Below the pieces are notes generated by a model that did no database searches, was not told the DNA's origin, and saw only the letters and a list, made by a program, of their open reading frames with translations. Shown here piece after piece: positions 49,501-58,228 of a stretch of 64,000 nt of DNA. Position 1 is the stretch's first letter. The number at the start of each line of letters is the position of its first letter. Both the position numbers and the translations under genes were made by a program. The stretch is from Candidatus Bipolaricaulota bacterium (GTDB lineage Bacteria; Bipolaricaulota; Bipolaricaulia; RBG-16-55-9; DRXL01), in contig CALLJK010000002.1 in NCBI GenBank assembly GCA_938091745.1, forward strand, positions 26,842-90,841. The letters are read 5' to 3'.

Positions 49501-49763
49501 TAGGAGCTGTGCCCTCGGGGCCGTTCTCCGTCGAATTTAGCTATCGCAATCTGCTCGGCTCCTCAGGAACCGATCCGGTCTTCAGCCGCCAGACCGTGAC
49601 GAACTTAGATGGCGGTGCCCGGACGACTCTCGTCGCGCAGTTGAACACGATCTCGCTCAACCCAGGAACGTATGAGATCGCCGTGACGGTGGACCCGGAG
49701 AATCGCATCTCCGAATCAGATGAGACTAATAATCGTCTGGTGATCTTTCTCACTGTGAACTGA
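46533..49763 (+). CDS. Exported protein with eight CARDB-like Ig domains
   Basis: Eight PG.YE..V.(V/L)DP...E..E.NN motifs, each preceded by P(D/E)L-type domain starts; SD AAGGAGGT. Confidence 0.9.
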   Translation: MDRWARCTGEISRTWVRSLGVILIVLFTVMVWGGGSSRWTVWSQAGAPALPELHPISLVLSPASPVDKGFAVVARAKIVNTGGSPAPRFAVEFFYRLKSDPTRPWVSFPDGKGLVLLSQGLSPRDQAITVEGTLDTSKAEIEPGNYEIKVLVDSTNQISEEDETNNELIVGLQIRPSRLNKPDLIPIALAFDPASPLDINGRTTVTVTIRNSGPVDAGTFDVQYLFCKLPTPRSTCPPDQLVEFARATISEGLRAGEERSEKSEFPNPRDPRMAQLEPGTYLIHVRVDPVTKEQPNGAVEEQDEANNALTAYLMVKGPELYPESLVLTPTPVRAGDEVLVTAQIANAGTAPAEGVLVAFFVNERRFATVTVPKIAEASRQTAQVSLKTGELSLQPGIHELRVVVDPDDRISELDESNNILTTALTLQPPLPRLPELAPKSLFVTPASPIEQGKGTVTAEIINNGMKVAEGFDVEFSVREAGRLRWNPIPCTANCTNNKLNPNAELTAQAQLPSLTPGAYEVRIVIDPQGRVAELDETNNEMVIGFRVILPRRPDLAITAFAFDPPSLAAHRGQPVRILFTVENIGDAPAESSEAQCAYRRLEDVTATPVPFARVAVPPLVPGGKFAAECRLETGPPVRPGFYELTVTLDPQNRIEEQNEANNIVTSGTGIPGQPGQGQALLIFGPDLFPDRATLKVKRANTPETPVAPISLDITQGEMLDLEVTVRNTGQVAAGGFDVAFCIREYFSQQPCTEIGTRSRTTGLGLTDEFIAKTQVSTEPFAPGVYEIGVIVDPPTADQPYGRVEEVSELNNYIGGPRAARGLQVIIVGKPDLTFREPLVFQPSGPVPIGTPLGVFADVQNIGAGRTTRDFKVEFAFRRVDDPAQPSPEFKVFGTAIITELEVGPDKAKQVKVELDTSNLVPGLYEIRVTLDPENVIPELNETNNMQTARVAIGGAVGLVDLAVTSLTLTPNQPTVSRGQIVRFSAVIANLGAVPSGPFSVEFSYRNLLGSSGTDPVFSRQTVTNLDGGARTTLVAQLNTISLNPGTYEIAVTVDPENRISESDETNNRLVIFLTVN

Positions 49764-49799
49764 ATGGACAAGCTCAACACAATAGAGTAAGATGAGAAC

Positions 49800-49899
49800 G
49801 GGCCTTAACCCGGTGATCGAACCGCGTCCTTCGGAGGCTGCTAAGGGAGACCCCGCCCAGGCCCTGAGGGAAGGATGCATCAGCCTGTGGTTAAGGCCC
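49800..49899 (+). ncRNA. Putative ~100-nt structured RNA or structured 5' leader of unknown class
   Basis: Promoter TGGACA-17-TAAGAT directly upstream; 11-bp closing stem GGGCCTTAACC/GGTTAAGGCCC; inner 9-bp stem GCGTCCTTC/GAAGGATGC. Confidence 0.5.
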
Positions 49900-49920
49900 C
49901 TTCTCTTTCAAGGAGGACAC

Positions 49921-50493
49921 ATGAAGCGTACCCTCGTCTTTATAGTGTTTTTGGGAATCGCTGGAGGAGTGCTCGCTCAACAAGGCGGTTTCTTTCAGAA
50001 CTATCCCGGCGGCACCAGCAGATCCGTCTATAAGATCACCCAAGAGAAGTCAGTCTATCCCATTCTCTTGACCATGGAGATCCAGCCCATAACAAGCGAT
50101 ACGTTCACGGTGAAGACGACCAACGAAGTTACGGGCACCCGGACGGATCTCGAGCGCGGCGTGCTGGAGGGCTTAGCGCGTGCCCAGTTGGAAGTCAACA
50201 GCGAATCGCTTCTCGCTTTGCGCAAGTTCCTCCCGGATATTCAGCCCAATACTGTCTATGTGCTGCCCAACGGGGCACGCTTTGAGGCAGGCGAACGCGA
50301 CAAGGTCGCTGGCGTCGACGTAATCCGGGGCGTGCTGACTGATCCCAAGAAGCCCAATCAGCGTACAGTGTTGGCGCTGACGCTCAATAAAGCTGTGCCG
50401 TTTCCCCCGCTCTTGCAGATTGACGAGCGCCGTGGGCTGCTCTTTGTGACGGTGTTCACGTTAGAGTTGACAGAGTTCTCGATGCGTCCATAA
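49921..50493 (+). CDS. Exported hypothetical protein
   Basis: SD AAGGAGG; signal peptide MKRTLVFIVFLGIAGGVLA-Q. Confidence 0.75.
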   Translation: MKRTLVFIVFLGIAGGVLAQQGGFFQNYPGGTSRSVYKITQEKSVYPILLTMEIQPITSDTFTVKTTNEVTGTRTDLERGVLEGLARAQLEVNSESLLALRKFLPDIQPNTVYVLPNGARFEAGERDKVAGVDVIRGVLTDPKKPNQRTVLALTLNKAVPFPPLLQIDERRGLLFVTVFTLELTEFSMRP

Positions 50494-50501
50494 TTATTAT
50501 A

Positions 50502-51665
50502 ATGCTGCGCGACTTGACACTTCTAGCCCTGCGGAACCTGGGAGCACGTAAGGCCCGCAGTGCCCTCACACTCATTGGGATCGCTATCGGTATGACTGCG
50601 GTCGTAGCGCTGATCTCGCTGAGCTTGGGGGCGCAGCGCGCGATCGAGCGACAATTTGCAAAACTAGGCGCTGATGTCATTCTCGTCGTGCCTGCGGGGA
50701 GCTTAGGAGAGCCACGACCAGCGCCGCTCGATCTCTCGTTGCTGAAGAATATCGCTGGGGTCAGGAGCGTTGGAGCGGTGCGGCGCGAGATCCTCCCCGT
50801 CAAGAGTGCCGCGACCCCGGGGTTTCTCACTGTCGTGGGGGTTCGATCTTTTGACGATGGTGAAAAACTCTTCGGTGGGCTGGAGCTTGCTGGAGGGCGG
50901 CTCTTTCTCTCGGGAGAAGACGAAGTTGTGCTCGGTGCGGGTGCGGCGCGCGATCTGAAAGTCGCGCTCGGTGACAGTATTACTATTCAGAATCGTGCGT
51001 TTCGCGTCGTCGGGCTCTTGAAGCCCACAAGAAACGACCAAGACGACTACGCGCTCTACTTATCGCTTGCTAAGCTAGAAGAGTTCGTAGACGAGAAGGG
51101 CTTCGTTTCAATTGTGTTTGTGCGTGCAGCGCCCGGCATAGATACGACGGCGCTCGCCCAAGAGATTCAAAAAACCCTGAGAGAATCCGTAACCGAGCGC
51201 GAGTTTCTCGTGCAGTCGTCAAAACAGCTCAGTGACTTGGTCAGCGGCGTGCTGACCGTGCTGCGCTGGACGTTGGGAGCGATTGCTGGGGTCTCTTTGC
51301 TCGTCGGAGGGATTGGGCTGACCAATACCATGCTCATGGCTATCTTAGAGCGCACGCACGAGATCGGGATTCTCAGGGCCATTGGAGCCGGACGCGAACA
51401 TATCATTATGCTCTTTCTTCTCGAATCAAGCTTACTAGGGTTACTGGGAGGGCTTATAGGCCTCATAATAGGGGGAGCCATCGCGCAATCTGTTGCCATG
51501 GCAGCACAACAATTTCTACGAACAGATCTGTTCAGTGTGGCATTCGACGGAACGCTAATAGCAGGTTCTTTAGGCTTTTCGGTCGTGTTAGGGGCGATAG
51601 CGGGGCTCTGGCCGGCGTGGCGAGCGGCACAGCTCTCCCCCATAGAAGCCTTGCGCTATGAATAA
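50502..51665 (+). CDS. ABC transporter permease (MacB/FtsX family)
   Basis: RSALTLIGIAIG, GGIGL.NTM..AILERTHEIG..RAIGA, PA.RAA.L.PIEALRYE. Confidence 0.92.
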   Translation: MLRDLTLLALRNLGARKARSALTLIGIAIGMTAVVALISLSLGAQRAIERQFAKLGADVILVVPAGSLGEPRPAPLDLSLLKNIAGVRSVGAVRREILPVKSAATPGFLTVVGVRSFDDGEKLFGGLELAGGRLFLSGEDEVVLGAGAARDLKVALGDSITIQNRAFRVVGLLKPTRNDQDDYALYLSLAKLEEFVDEKGFVSIVFVRAAPGIDTTALAQEIQKTLRESVTEREFLVQSSKQLSDLVSGVLTVLRWTLGAIAGVSLLVGGIGLTNTMLMAILERTHEIGILRAIGAGREHIIMLFLLESSLLGLLGGLIGLIIGGAIAQSVAMAAQQFLRTDLFSVAFDGTLIAGSLGFSVVLGAIAGLWPAWRAAQLSPIEALRYE

Positions 51666-51778
51666 ATCACCCTAAGGCCAAGGACACTCGTCCCATCCCA
51701 TCAAGACAAACCCCCAGAGAGGCCTCGACAGCAGTCCTTCAGAAGCCTCTTCCCATCGCGTATAACAGAGGACGCTCA

Positions 51779-51859
51779 CCAGGCTTCGCCTGGATCGTAC
51801 ATCGTGCCGTCTGCGGCGGCACGGTGAACAGTCCAGACGAAGTCTAGGGCGAAGCCTGG
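51779..51859. repeat. Palindromic element immediately upstream of the ftsW SD
   Basis: Terminal IR CCAGGCTTCGCC/GGCGAAGCCTGG; shares CCAGGCTTCGCCTGGA.CGTACATC with the 40599 element. Confidence 0.8.
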
Positions 51860-51875
51860 AAGGGGAGGTGCGCAC

Positions 51876-53030
51876 GTGGGCACGTCACAGCTGGTCATGG
51901 TGGTTCTCGCGCTCTCTCTGCTAGGCGTGGTCATGGTCGCCAGTGCCAGCTTGCCCATCGCTGCCCTTCGCTACGAGCAGCCCTCGTATCTTCTCGTCAA
52001 GCATCTCATCGCTCTTGCGCTGGGGCTCATCGCCTTCTGGGTCTGCTCCAAGATAGAGTATCACGTCTTTTTCAGAATAGATCATATACTTTTGCTGACA
52101 GCCCTGGGGTTGACCCTCCTGACGCTCATTCCCGGCTTGAGCGTGCGCGGCAGTTGGCTGCGCCTCCCTGGGCCCTTCCAGCTTCAGCCCACGGAGTTCT
52201 TGAAATTCGCTCTGATTATCTCGTTCGCGGCGTTCTCTGTGCGGAAAGGGGAGCGCATCAAAGCATTCTCCGAAGGGGTCTTGCCCGTGCTCATTCTCAC
52301 GACTTTTGCAGCCCTCATCGCGCTCAAGCAATCCGACTTCGCCATGGCGCTGATCTTTCTGCTCATAGCCCTCTATATGCTGTTTATTGGAGGTGCACGA
52401 CTGACCCATCTCTGCGGGGTCGTCTTGGCTGCTACGCCCGCCTTGGCTCTGTTGTTGATCACCGCTCCGTATCGCTTCGGCCGACTCTTAGCATTCTTAG
52501 ACCCGTTTAAATACAGCACGACCGAGGGCTATCAGCTCATTCAGTCGCTTACTGCTCTTGGGTCCGGAGGGATCTTCGGGCGCGGCTTGGGCGAGAGTCG
52601 AGCAAAGCTGCTCTTTCTCCCAGAACCGTATAACGATTTTATCTTTGCCATCATTGGAGAGGAGCTCGGCTTGCTCGGTGGGCTCCTCGTCCTAGGGCTC
52701 TTCGCGTATCTCTTATGGGTAGGCTATAGCATAGCATACCGCGCGCCAGATCAATTTGGGATGCTGCTCGCTTCGGGGATAACGTTCACTATTGTAACCC
52801 AAGCTGCGATCAACGTAGGTGTTGCTTCGGGGATACTGCCCGTGACGGGCTTGACGTTGCCGTTCATCAGCTATGGCGGCTCGTCGCTTGTCGTTTCGTT
52901 GGCCATGGCCGGAACTTTGCTGAACATTGCGCGAAAGGGATCAGATGAAGACGTTTCTCGTCTGTGGGGGCGGGACGGGAGGCCATCTCTATCCCGCTCT
53001 CGCTACGCTAGAAGGGTTACGGCGCACTGA
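51876..53030 (+). CDS. ftsW: Cell division SEDS protein FtsW
   Basis: QPTEFLK, GYQLIQS..A.GSGG, FLPEPYNDFIF, LPVTGLTLPFISYGGSS; directly upstream of murG. Confidence 0.93.
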   Translation: MGTSQLVMVVLALSLLGVVMVASASLPIAALRYEQPSYLLVKHLIALALGLIAFWVCSKIEYHVFFRIDHILLLTALGLTLLTLIPGLSVRGSWLRLPGPFQLQPTEFLKFALIISFAAFSVRKGERIKAFSEGVLPVLILTTFAALIALKQSDFAMALIFLLIALYMLFIGGARLTHLCGVVLAATPALALLLITAPYRFGRLLAFLDPFKYSTTEGYQLIQSLTALGSGGIFGRGLGESRAKLLFLPEPYNDFIFAIIGEELGLLGGLLVLGLFAYLLWVGYSIAYRAPDQFGMLLASGITFTIVTQAAINVGVASGILPVTGLTLPFISYGGSSLVVSLAMAGTLLNIARKGSDEDVSRLWGRDGRPSLSRSRYARRVTAH

Positions 53031-54078
53031 GCCAAGCTCTCGACTCGTGTATGTAGGCAGCCGCTACGGGCTCGAGACGCACGTGCTGCCGCGATACCCT
53101 TGGATTGAATTTTATCAGCTCCCTATTCGCGGGATTGCTCGGCCGGGCCAGCGCAAACTTTGGGCGCTCTGGGCGCTCCTGGCGATCGCACAGCTTCCGA
53201 TCGCGCTCGTCAAAGCTCTCGTGATTCTCTTCAAAGTGCGTCCCACAGTAATTATCGGTTTTGGAGGATATGGGGCATTTGCCCCGCTTGCGTGGGGAAC
53301 TCTCTTGGGGATTCCGCTCTTTCTCCATGAGCAGAATCTCATTCCCGGGATGGTGACGCGACTCTTTGCCCCCTGGGCAAGAGGGGTCTTTCTCACGTAT
53401 CCCCAAACGGCCCGCTATCTGCGGGCACGGCGCGTCATCGTGACCGGACTGCCCGTCCGCCCAGAGATTCTCTCCGCTTGCCCCGCCCATAAACAGTTCG
53501 GCTTGCACTCTGAGAGAAAGACCGTCCTGGTCTTTGGGGGCAGCAGAGGATCACAAGTTCTGATAGACGTTGCGCTCGCAGCACAACAATATCTGAGTGA
53601 TGTCCAGTTTCTGATCGTTACGGGATCTCACTCTTCAGTTTCCTTCTCTCAAGGGGAGAGGTCAGTTCTCGTCCCCTATATTCACGAGATGGGCAGAGCT
53701 TTCGCAACAGCTGATGTCGTCATCTGTCGCGCTGGCGCCGCAACACTAGCAGAACTCGCGGCCGTGGGCAAGCCGGCAATAGTTGTCCCTTGGCCAGGCG
53801 CTGCAAACGATCATCAGACAGCGAACGCGAGGGCTTACGCCCATCTTGGAACTTTTTCCGTAGTCCCAGAGTCTGAACTCACCCCTCAACGGCTCGTTGA
53901 GGAGATCCAGAAAGCTCTCACCCAGAGCCCTACTTCTCGTCGCGCAGGGCATGGCGAGGGAGCACTGAACTCTATCTTGCGCGAGGTGCTTTCTGATGCG
54001 ACCAAAGAGCACGACACAGCTCCACTTTCTTGGGATCGGCGGCGACGGCATGAGTGGGTTGGCCAAAGTCTATTCTGA
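52945..54078 (+). CDS. murG: Lipid II N-acetylglucosaminyltransferase MurG
   Basis: GGGTGGH.YP, GFGGY, HEQN, GGSRG, CRAGAAT.AE, HQ..NA. Confidence 0.95.
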   Translation: MKTFLVCGGGTGGHLYPALATLEGLRRTEPSSRLVYVGSRYGLETHVLPRYPWIEFYQLPIRGIARPGQRKLWALWALLAIAQLPIALVKALVILFKVRPTVIIGFGGYGAFAPLAWGTLLGIPLFLHEQNLIPGMVTRLFAPWARGVFLTYPQTARYLRARRVIVTGLPVRPEILSACPAHKQFGLHSERKTVLVFGGSRGSQVLIDVALAAQQYLSDVQFLIVTGSHSSVSFSQGERSVLVPYIHEMGRAFATADVVICRAGAATLAELAAVGKPAIVVPWPGAANDHQTANARAYAHLGTFSVVPESELTPQRLVEEIQKALTQSPTSRRAGHGEGALNSILREVLSDATKEHDTAPLSWDRRRRHEWVGQSLF

Positions 54079-55390
54079 GCTGGGATGGCGCGTCACCGGC
54101 TGCAATATCGAAGAGAACCGACGCACCCAGCAGCTCCGCGCCTTGGGCATCCCTATAGCTATTGGGCATGAGCGCGCTCATCTCCAACACGCTACCCATC
54201 TCATCGTCTCCTCAGCCATCCCTTCAGATAATGTTGAGCTGCTCGAAGCGCAGCGTCTTGGGTTGCCCATCCTCCATCGGCTCGACCTGTTAAACGAGCT
54301 TACGAAGCACCGCTACACTATTGGGATAGCAGGCACACACGGCAAGACTACCACGACAGCCATGATCGCAACACTTCTAGAGCGTGCCTGGCTCGACCCG
54401 ACGTTCGTGATTGGCGCAGCTTCCCCCACATTGGGCACCCATGCCCGTCTGGGCTTGGGACGATATCTTGTCGCTGAAATCTGCGAGAGCGACGGGCGCT
54501 TCGTGCAGATTCGTCCTAACATCGCTGTCATCACGAATATCGGGCGGGATCATCTCAATTTCTATGGGAGCGAAGCAGCTCTCTTCGAGAGCTTCACGCG
54601 CTTTGCCCGCCAAAGCGAGCTGTGCATCGCGTGTGCCGATGACCCTGGGGCACGCCGTGCTATCATCGAGCGCATTCCTACAGCGCTCACCTATAGCATC
54701 GAACGCCCCGCAGACTTAGTCGCCCACGATATAGCGTTCTCTCAATTCCATACGACATTTGAGATCTCCTGGCACGGACGCCGTACCGGGAGAGTCGAGT
54801 TGCTCCACACCCCTGGTATCCATAACGTCTACAATGCCCTCGCAGCAATGTTAGCCGGTCATACCCTGGGGCTGGACTTCGATGAGATGGCAGCACACCT
54901 GAGAGATTTTCAGCTTCCGGAGAGACGCTTCCAAGTCCTTGTCAATAACGGCATCACGATTATTGACGATTACGCGCACTTGCCCGAGCAGATCCAACGC
55001 AACCTCCAAGCGATCCGCCAGAGCTGGCATCCGCCACGGATCATCGCGCTCTTCCAGCCCCACCGTTTTACACGCACGTACTATCTGGGACAAGAATTCA
55101 GCACCGCGTTCGATCTCGCTGATAGAGTCATTCTCACTGATATCTATCCGGCGTTTGAGCGCCCTATTCCGGGGGTAGGGATCGGGCTTATTATTGAAGC
55201 TCTGAAACGCCGCCACAGAGACGTCACCTACGTGCCTCGTGGGGAAGACTTCGCCCCCCGCGTGCAGAAGCTCTTACGCCCTGGGGACTTTGTCATCGGC
55301 TTTGGCGCGGGTGATCTGGGTACAGAGCTCTCTCGTCTGGCTCAAGTCTGGAACGCCCAGAAAGGGGAAGGCCATGGAAAAGCTCTCTAA
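53996..55390 (+). CDS. murC: UDP-N-acetylmuramate--L-alanine ligase
   Basis: HFLGIGG.GMS, GTHGKTTTT, ESDG, DDYAH, FQPHR, GAGD. Confidence 0.95.
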   Translation: MRPKSTTQLHFLGIGGDGMSGLAKVYSELGWRVTGCNIEENRRTQQLRALGIPIAIGHERAHLQHATHLIVSSAIPSDNVELLEAQRLGLPILHRLDLLNELTKHRYTIGIAGTHGKTTTTAMIATLLERAWLDPTFVIGAASPTLGTHARLGLGRYLVAEICESDGRFVQIRPNIAVITNIGRDHLNFYGSEAALFESFTRFARQSELCIACADDPGARRAIIERIPTALTYSIERPADLVAHDIAFSQFHTTFEISWHGRRTGRVELLHTPGIHNVYNALAAMLAGHTLGLDFDEMAAHLRDFQLPERRFQVLVNNGITIIDDYAHLPEQIQRNLQAIRQSWHPPRIIALFQPHRFTRTYYLGQEFSTAFDLADRVILTDIYPAFERPIPGVGIGLIIEALKRRHRDVTYVPRGEDFAPRVQKLLRPGDFVIGFGAGDLGTELSRLAQVWNAQKGEGHGKAL

Positions 55391-56291
55391 AGAACTCCAA
55401 AGCCGAGTGCGTGGCGTGGTCAAGACCCATGAGCCCCTGGCACGACATACGTCGCTGCGTATTGGCGGTCCGGCAGATTACTTTGTCATCCCCGTCTGCG
55501 TAGAAGATATCTTAGAAACGTTAGAGTTCATCCGTGAGCACGGCTTACCCTGGATAGCTTTAGGCAACGGCACCAATGTGCTCTTCCTCGATGAGGGCTA
55601 CCGCGGGGTGATTATCAAGCTTGGGCCAAGTCTTGGGCACATAGAGACCCTCCAGAACAGCGTGCGCGCCCAAGCAGGGGCGAGCTTGGCGGCTCTCATC
55701 TCCCATGTCCGTTCCCTGGGCTTGCGTGATCTCGACTTTCTTGTGGGAATCCCCGGAAGCGTTGGAGGAGCTCTGGTGATGAACGCGGGCATCCCCGAAG
55801 GAACCATCTCCGACGCGGTCATCCAGGTAGGGGCATTGACTTTTGACGGAAAATTCATTACGCTTAAGGGTGACGAATGTCGGTTCGGCTACCGGTCGAG
55901 CCGGTTCCAGCAAGAACGACTCATCGTGATTGAGGGAGAATTTGCCTTGGGAAGAGGGAAATCGTGGGATGGTGAAGAGTTGCTCAGACGGCGCAAGGAG
56001 CGCCAACCCCTCGGGGTGCCCAGCCCAGGCTGTGTCTTTCGCAACCCAGTGGGGGTGGGGGTTACAGCAGGACAGCTCATTGACCAAGCGGGACTGAAGG
56101 GCTACCGCGTGGGAGGAGCGCGAATATCCCCAAAGCATGCGAACTTTATCGTCAACGAAGGGGGGGCGACCAGCCGCGACGTCCTCCAGCTAATTGACAT
56201 CGCCCGGTCGGTTGTGCTTAAATACTGGGGGGTGGAGTTGAAGCTGGAGCTCGCCGTCGTTGGAACGTGCGGCGCGCAGTATTCTTTATAG
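55374..56291 (+). CDS. murB: UDP-N-acetylenolpyruvoylglucosamine reductase
   Basis: HTSLRIGG.A, GNGTN, GIPGSVGG..MNAG, FGYR.S, GCVFRNP, KHANF. Confidence 0.95.
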   Translation: MEKLSKELQSRVRGVVKTHEPLARHTSLRIGGPADYFVIPVCVEDILETLEFIREHGLPWIALGNGTNVLFLDEGYRGVIIKLGPSLGHIETLQNSVRAQAGASLAALISHVRSLGLRDLDFLVGIPGSVGGALVMNAGIPEGTISDAVIQVGALTFDGKFITLKGDECRFGYRSSRFQQERLIVIEGEFALGRGKSWDGEELLRRRKERQPLGVPSPGCVFRNPVGVGVTAGQLIDQAGLKGYRVGGARISPKHANFIVNEGGATSRDVLQLIDIARSVVLKYWGVELKLELAVVGTCGAQYSL

Positions 56292-56944
56292 TAGCGGTCA
56301 TCGGGCTTGTGCTGGCACTGCCGTGGCACAAGTACTTAGCAATACGAGAGATCACCGTCGAGGGTGGTGAGAGGATCCAAGCCGAGACGGTCCTACAGAG
56401 CTTGCCCATTACCGTGGGAATGAATTGGCTGACGGCCGATACCCAGGCCGCCAGAGCAGCTCTCTTGCGCCTCCCCGACGTTCGTGATGCTCGGATCAAA
56501 AAGAGACTATGGGCACAGATAGAGATTCGCGTACACGAGCGAGAGCCGTTGATCCTGGCCCGCTTGGGCCAAAAGCTCTTCTGGGTCGACACCGAGGGGT
56601 TCCTTTATGCCCCCTCTCAAGGGGGTTTCGGCCCGATCCTCGTCGAACCCCAGACCGTCGAGACCGAGCGTGGCCGACGCCTCGCCGAGCTCTTCTATCT
56701 CGTCCCGTTGAAAGCCCTGATGACCAGCCCTGGAAATCTTCTCAACTCGATTACAGCAATCCGATTCGAAGGGAGCACTATGATTCTGTCTTTGCGGGAT
56801 GGCCCGGATGTAGCCGTATATATCTATGATGTCCGGTGGGAATTGGCACGACTTCAGCGGGTCCTGAGCGCCCTGGCAGGGCGCCACCTGCGGCGGATCG
56901 ATCTGCGGTTTGAGCGCGCAGTGATTCTTCAAGCTCATCCGTGA
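56267..56944 (+). CDS. ftsQ: Cell division protein FtsQ/DivIB
   Basis: N-terminal TM segment, POTRA-like I.V.G...I.VHER.P, C-terminal IDLRF; lies between murB and ftsA. Confidence 0.85.
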   Translation: MRRAVFFIVAVIGLVLALPWHKYLAIREITVEGGERIQAETVLQSLPITVGMNWLTADTQAARAALLRLPDVRDARIKKRLWAQIEIRVHEREPLILARLGQKLFWVDTEGFLYAPSQGGFGPILVEPQTVETERGRRLAELFYLVPLKALMTSPGNLLNSITAIRFEGSTMILSLRDGPDVAVYIYDVRWELARLQRVLSALAGRHLRRIDLRFERAVILQAHP

Positions 56945-56960
56945 ATGGGGTGATGAGGGA

Positions 56961-58220
56961 ATGGGGGAGATCATTGTCGGTCTAGACATAGGCACCACCA
57001 AGGTGGTCGCCCTAGTCTGTAATGTCGAGGACGGCCAGATCGAGATCATCGGCATGGGGAAGGCCCCCTCTCATGGCCTTGAAAAAGGGGTCGTCGTCGA
57101 CATCGGCGAGACGACGGCTTCTATCAAGCGCGCCATCGAAGAAGCTGAGAACATGGCCGATGTCAAGATCGAGCGCGTCTACGCCGGTATCGCCGGGAAA
57201 CACATCTCTTCAATTAACAATTCTGGCACAGTCTCGATCTCCCGCGAGAATCGCATCATCACTGTAGAAGACGTCCAGCGGGTGATCGACACGGCTCAAG
57301 CGGTGCAGATTGCTCCAGATAGTCAGCTTATTCACGTTATCCCACGCCAGTATATCGTCGACGGCCAAGAGGGGATCACCGACCCAGTAGGCATGATCGG
57401 GACACGCCTTGAGGTCGATGTGCACATCGTGACCGGCTCGATCACCGCAGTACACAATATCCGTCGCTGCGTGGAAAACTTAGGGATCGAGGTCGAACAG
57501 ATCGTGCTCCAGCCATTGGCTTCGTCCTATGCCGTGCTCAGCGAAGCCGAGAAGGAGCTTGGGGTCGCGCTCATGGACATCGGGGGCGGCACAACAGATA
57601 TTGCGATCTTCCGCGATGGCGATATCTGGTTCAGTAAGATCCTGCCCATAGCCGGCGAGCATATCACCAACGATATCACGGTAGGATTGCGAGTCAGCTA
57701 CGAAGAGGCCGAGCGCATCAAGATTCAAGAGGGGCTTCCTCGGATCACCGACGAGGCCGCGGAAGAAGAGCGCATCGAGGTCACGACCATCAGCGAGGAG
57801 AAGAAACTCATCTCCAAGAGGAAGCTCGCCAAGATCATCGAGCCCAGATTAGAAGAGCTCTTCGATTTAGCGATGGGCGAGATCGAGGACGTCGGCTATC
57901 GCGATCTCATCCCTGCGGGGATCGTTCTGACGGGAGGCACATCGCTCTTGAAAGGGTTGCCGGAGTTCGTCTCCGAGCGTTATGACATCTCGGTGCGACG
58001 CGGTCTTCCCCCTCAAGGGATTCACGGGTTGCGCGATATTGTCGAAAGTCCCATCTATTCGACAGTCATTGGCTTAGTGAAGTACGCTGTGGAGTCAAAG
58101 GAGTATCGCTACCGAGAGCCATCGCGTCGCTACTGGAGCGTCGCGCGTCCTCAGAACAAAGGGTTCAGTGGATTATTTGGGAGGCTGTTGCGCTGGCTCA
58201 ACCGGTTCTTCCGGGGTTAG
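56961..58220 (+). CDS. ftsA: Cell division protein FtsA
   Basis: GLDIGTTKV, GLEKGVVVDI, DIGGGTTD, VLTGG.S. Confidence 0.97.
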   Translation: MGEIIVGLDIGTTKVVALVCNVEDGQIEIIGMGKAPSHGLEKGVVVDIGETTASIKRAIEEAENMADVKIERVYAGIAGKHISSINNSGTVSISRENRIITVEDVQRVIDTAQAVQIAPDSQLIHVIPRQYIVDGQEGITDPVGMIGTRLEVDVHIVTGSITAVHNIRRCVENLGIEVEQIVLQPLASSYAVLSEAEKELGVALMDIGGGTTDIAIFRDGDIWFSKILPIAGEHITNDITVGLRVSYEEAERIKIQEGLPRITDEAAEEERIEVTTISEEKKLISKRKLAKIIEPRLEELFDLAMGEIEDVGYRDLIPAGIVLTGGTSLLKGLPEFVSERYDISVRRGLPPQGIHGLRDIVESPIYSTVIGLVKYAVESKEYRYREPSRRYWSVARPQNKGFSGLFGRLLRWLNRFFRG

Positions 58221-58228
58221 GGGGTTTT

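Noticed and set aside
49800-49899. SRP (4.5S) RNA assignment
   Set aside because: Size and rod shape fit, but the CAGG-stem-GNRA-stem-AGCA helix-8 motif is not properly present on either strand.
49792-49920. 43-aa N-terminal extension of the exported hypothetical protein
   Set aside because: A strong SD and signal peptide point to ATG 49921; the upstream ATG overlaps the predicted -10 box.
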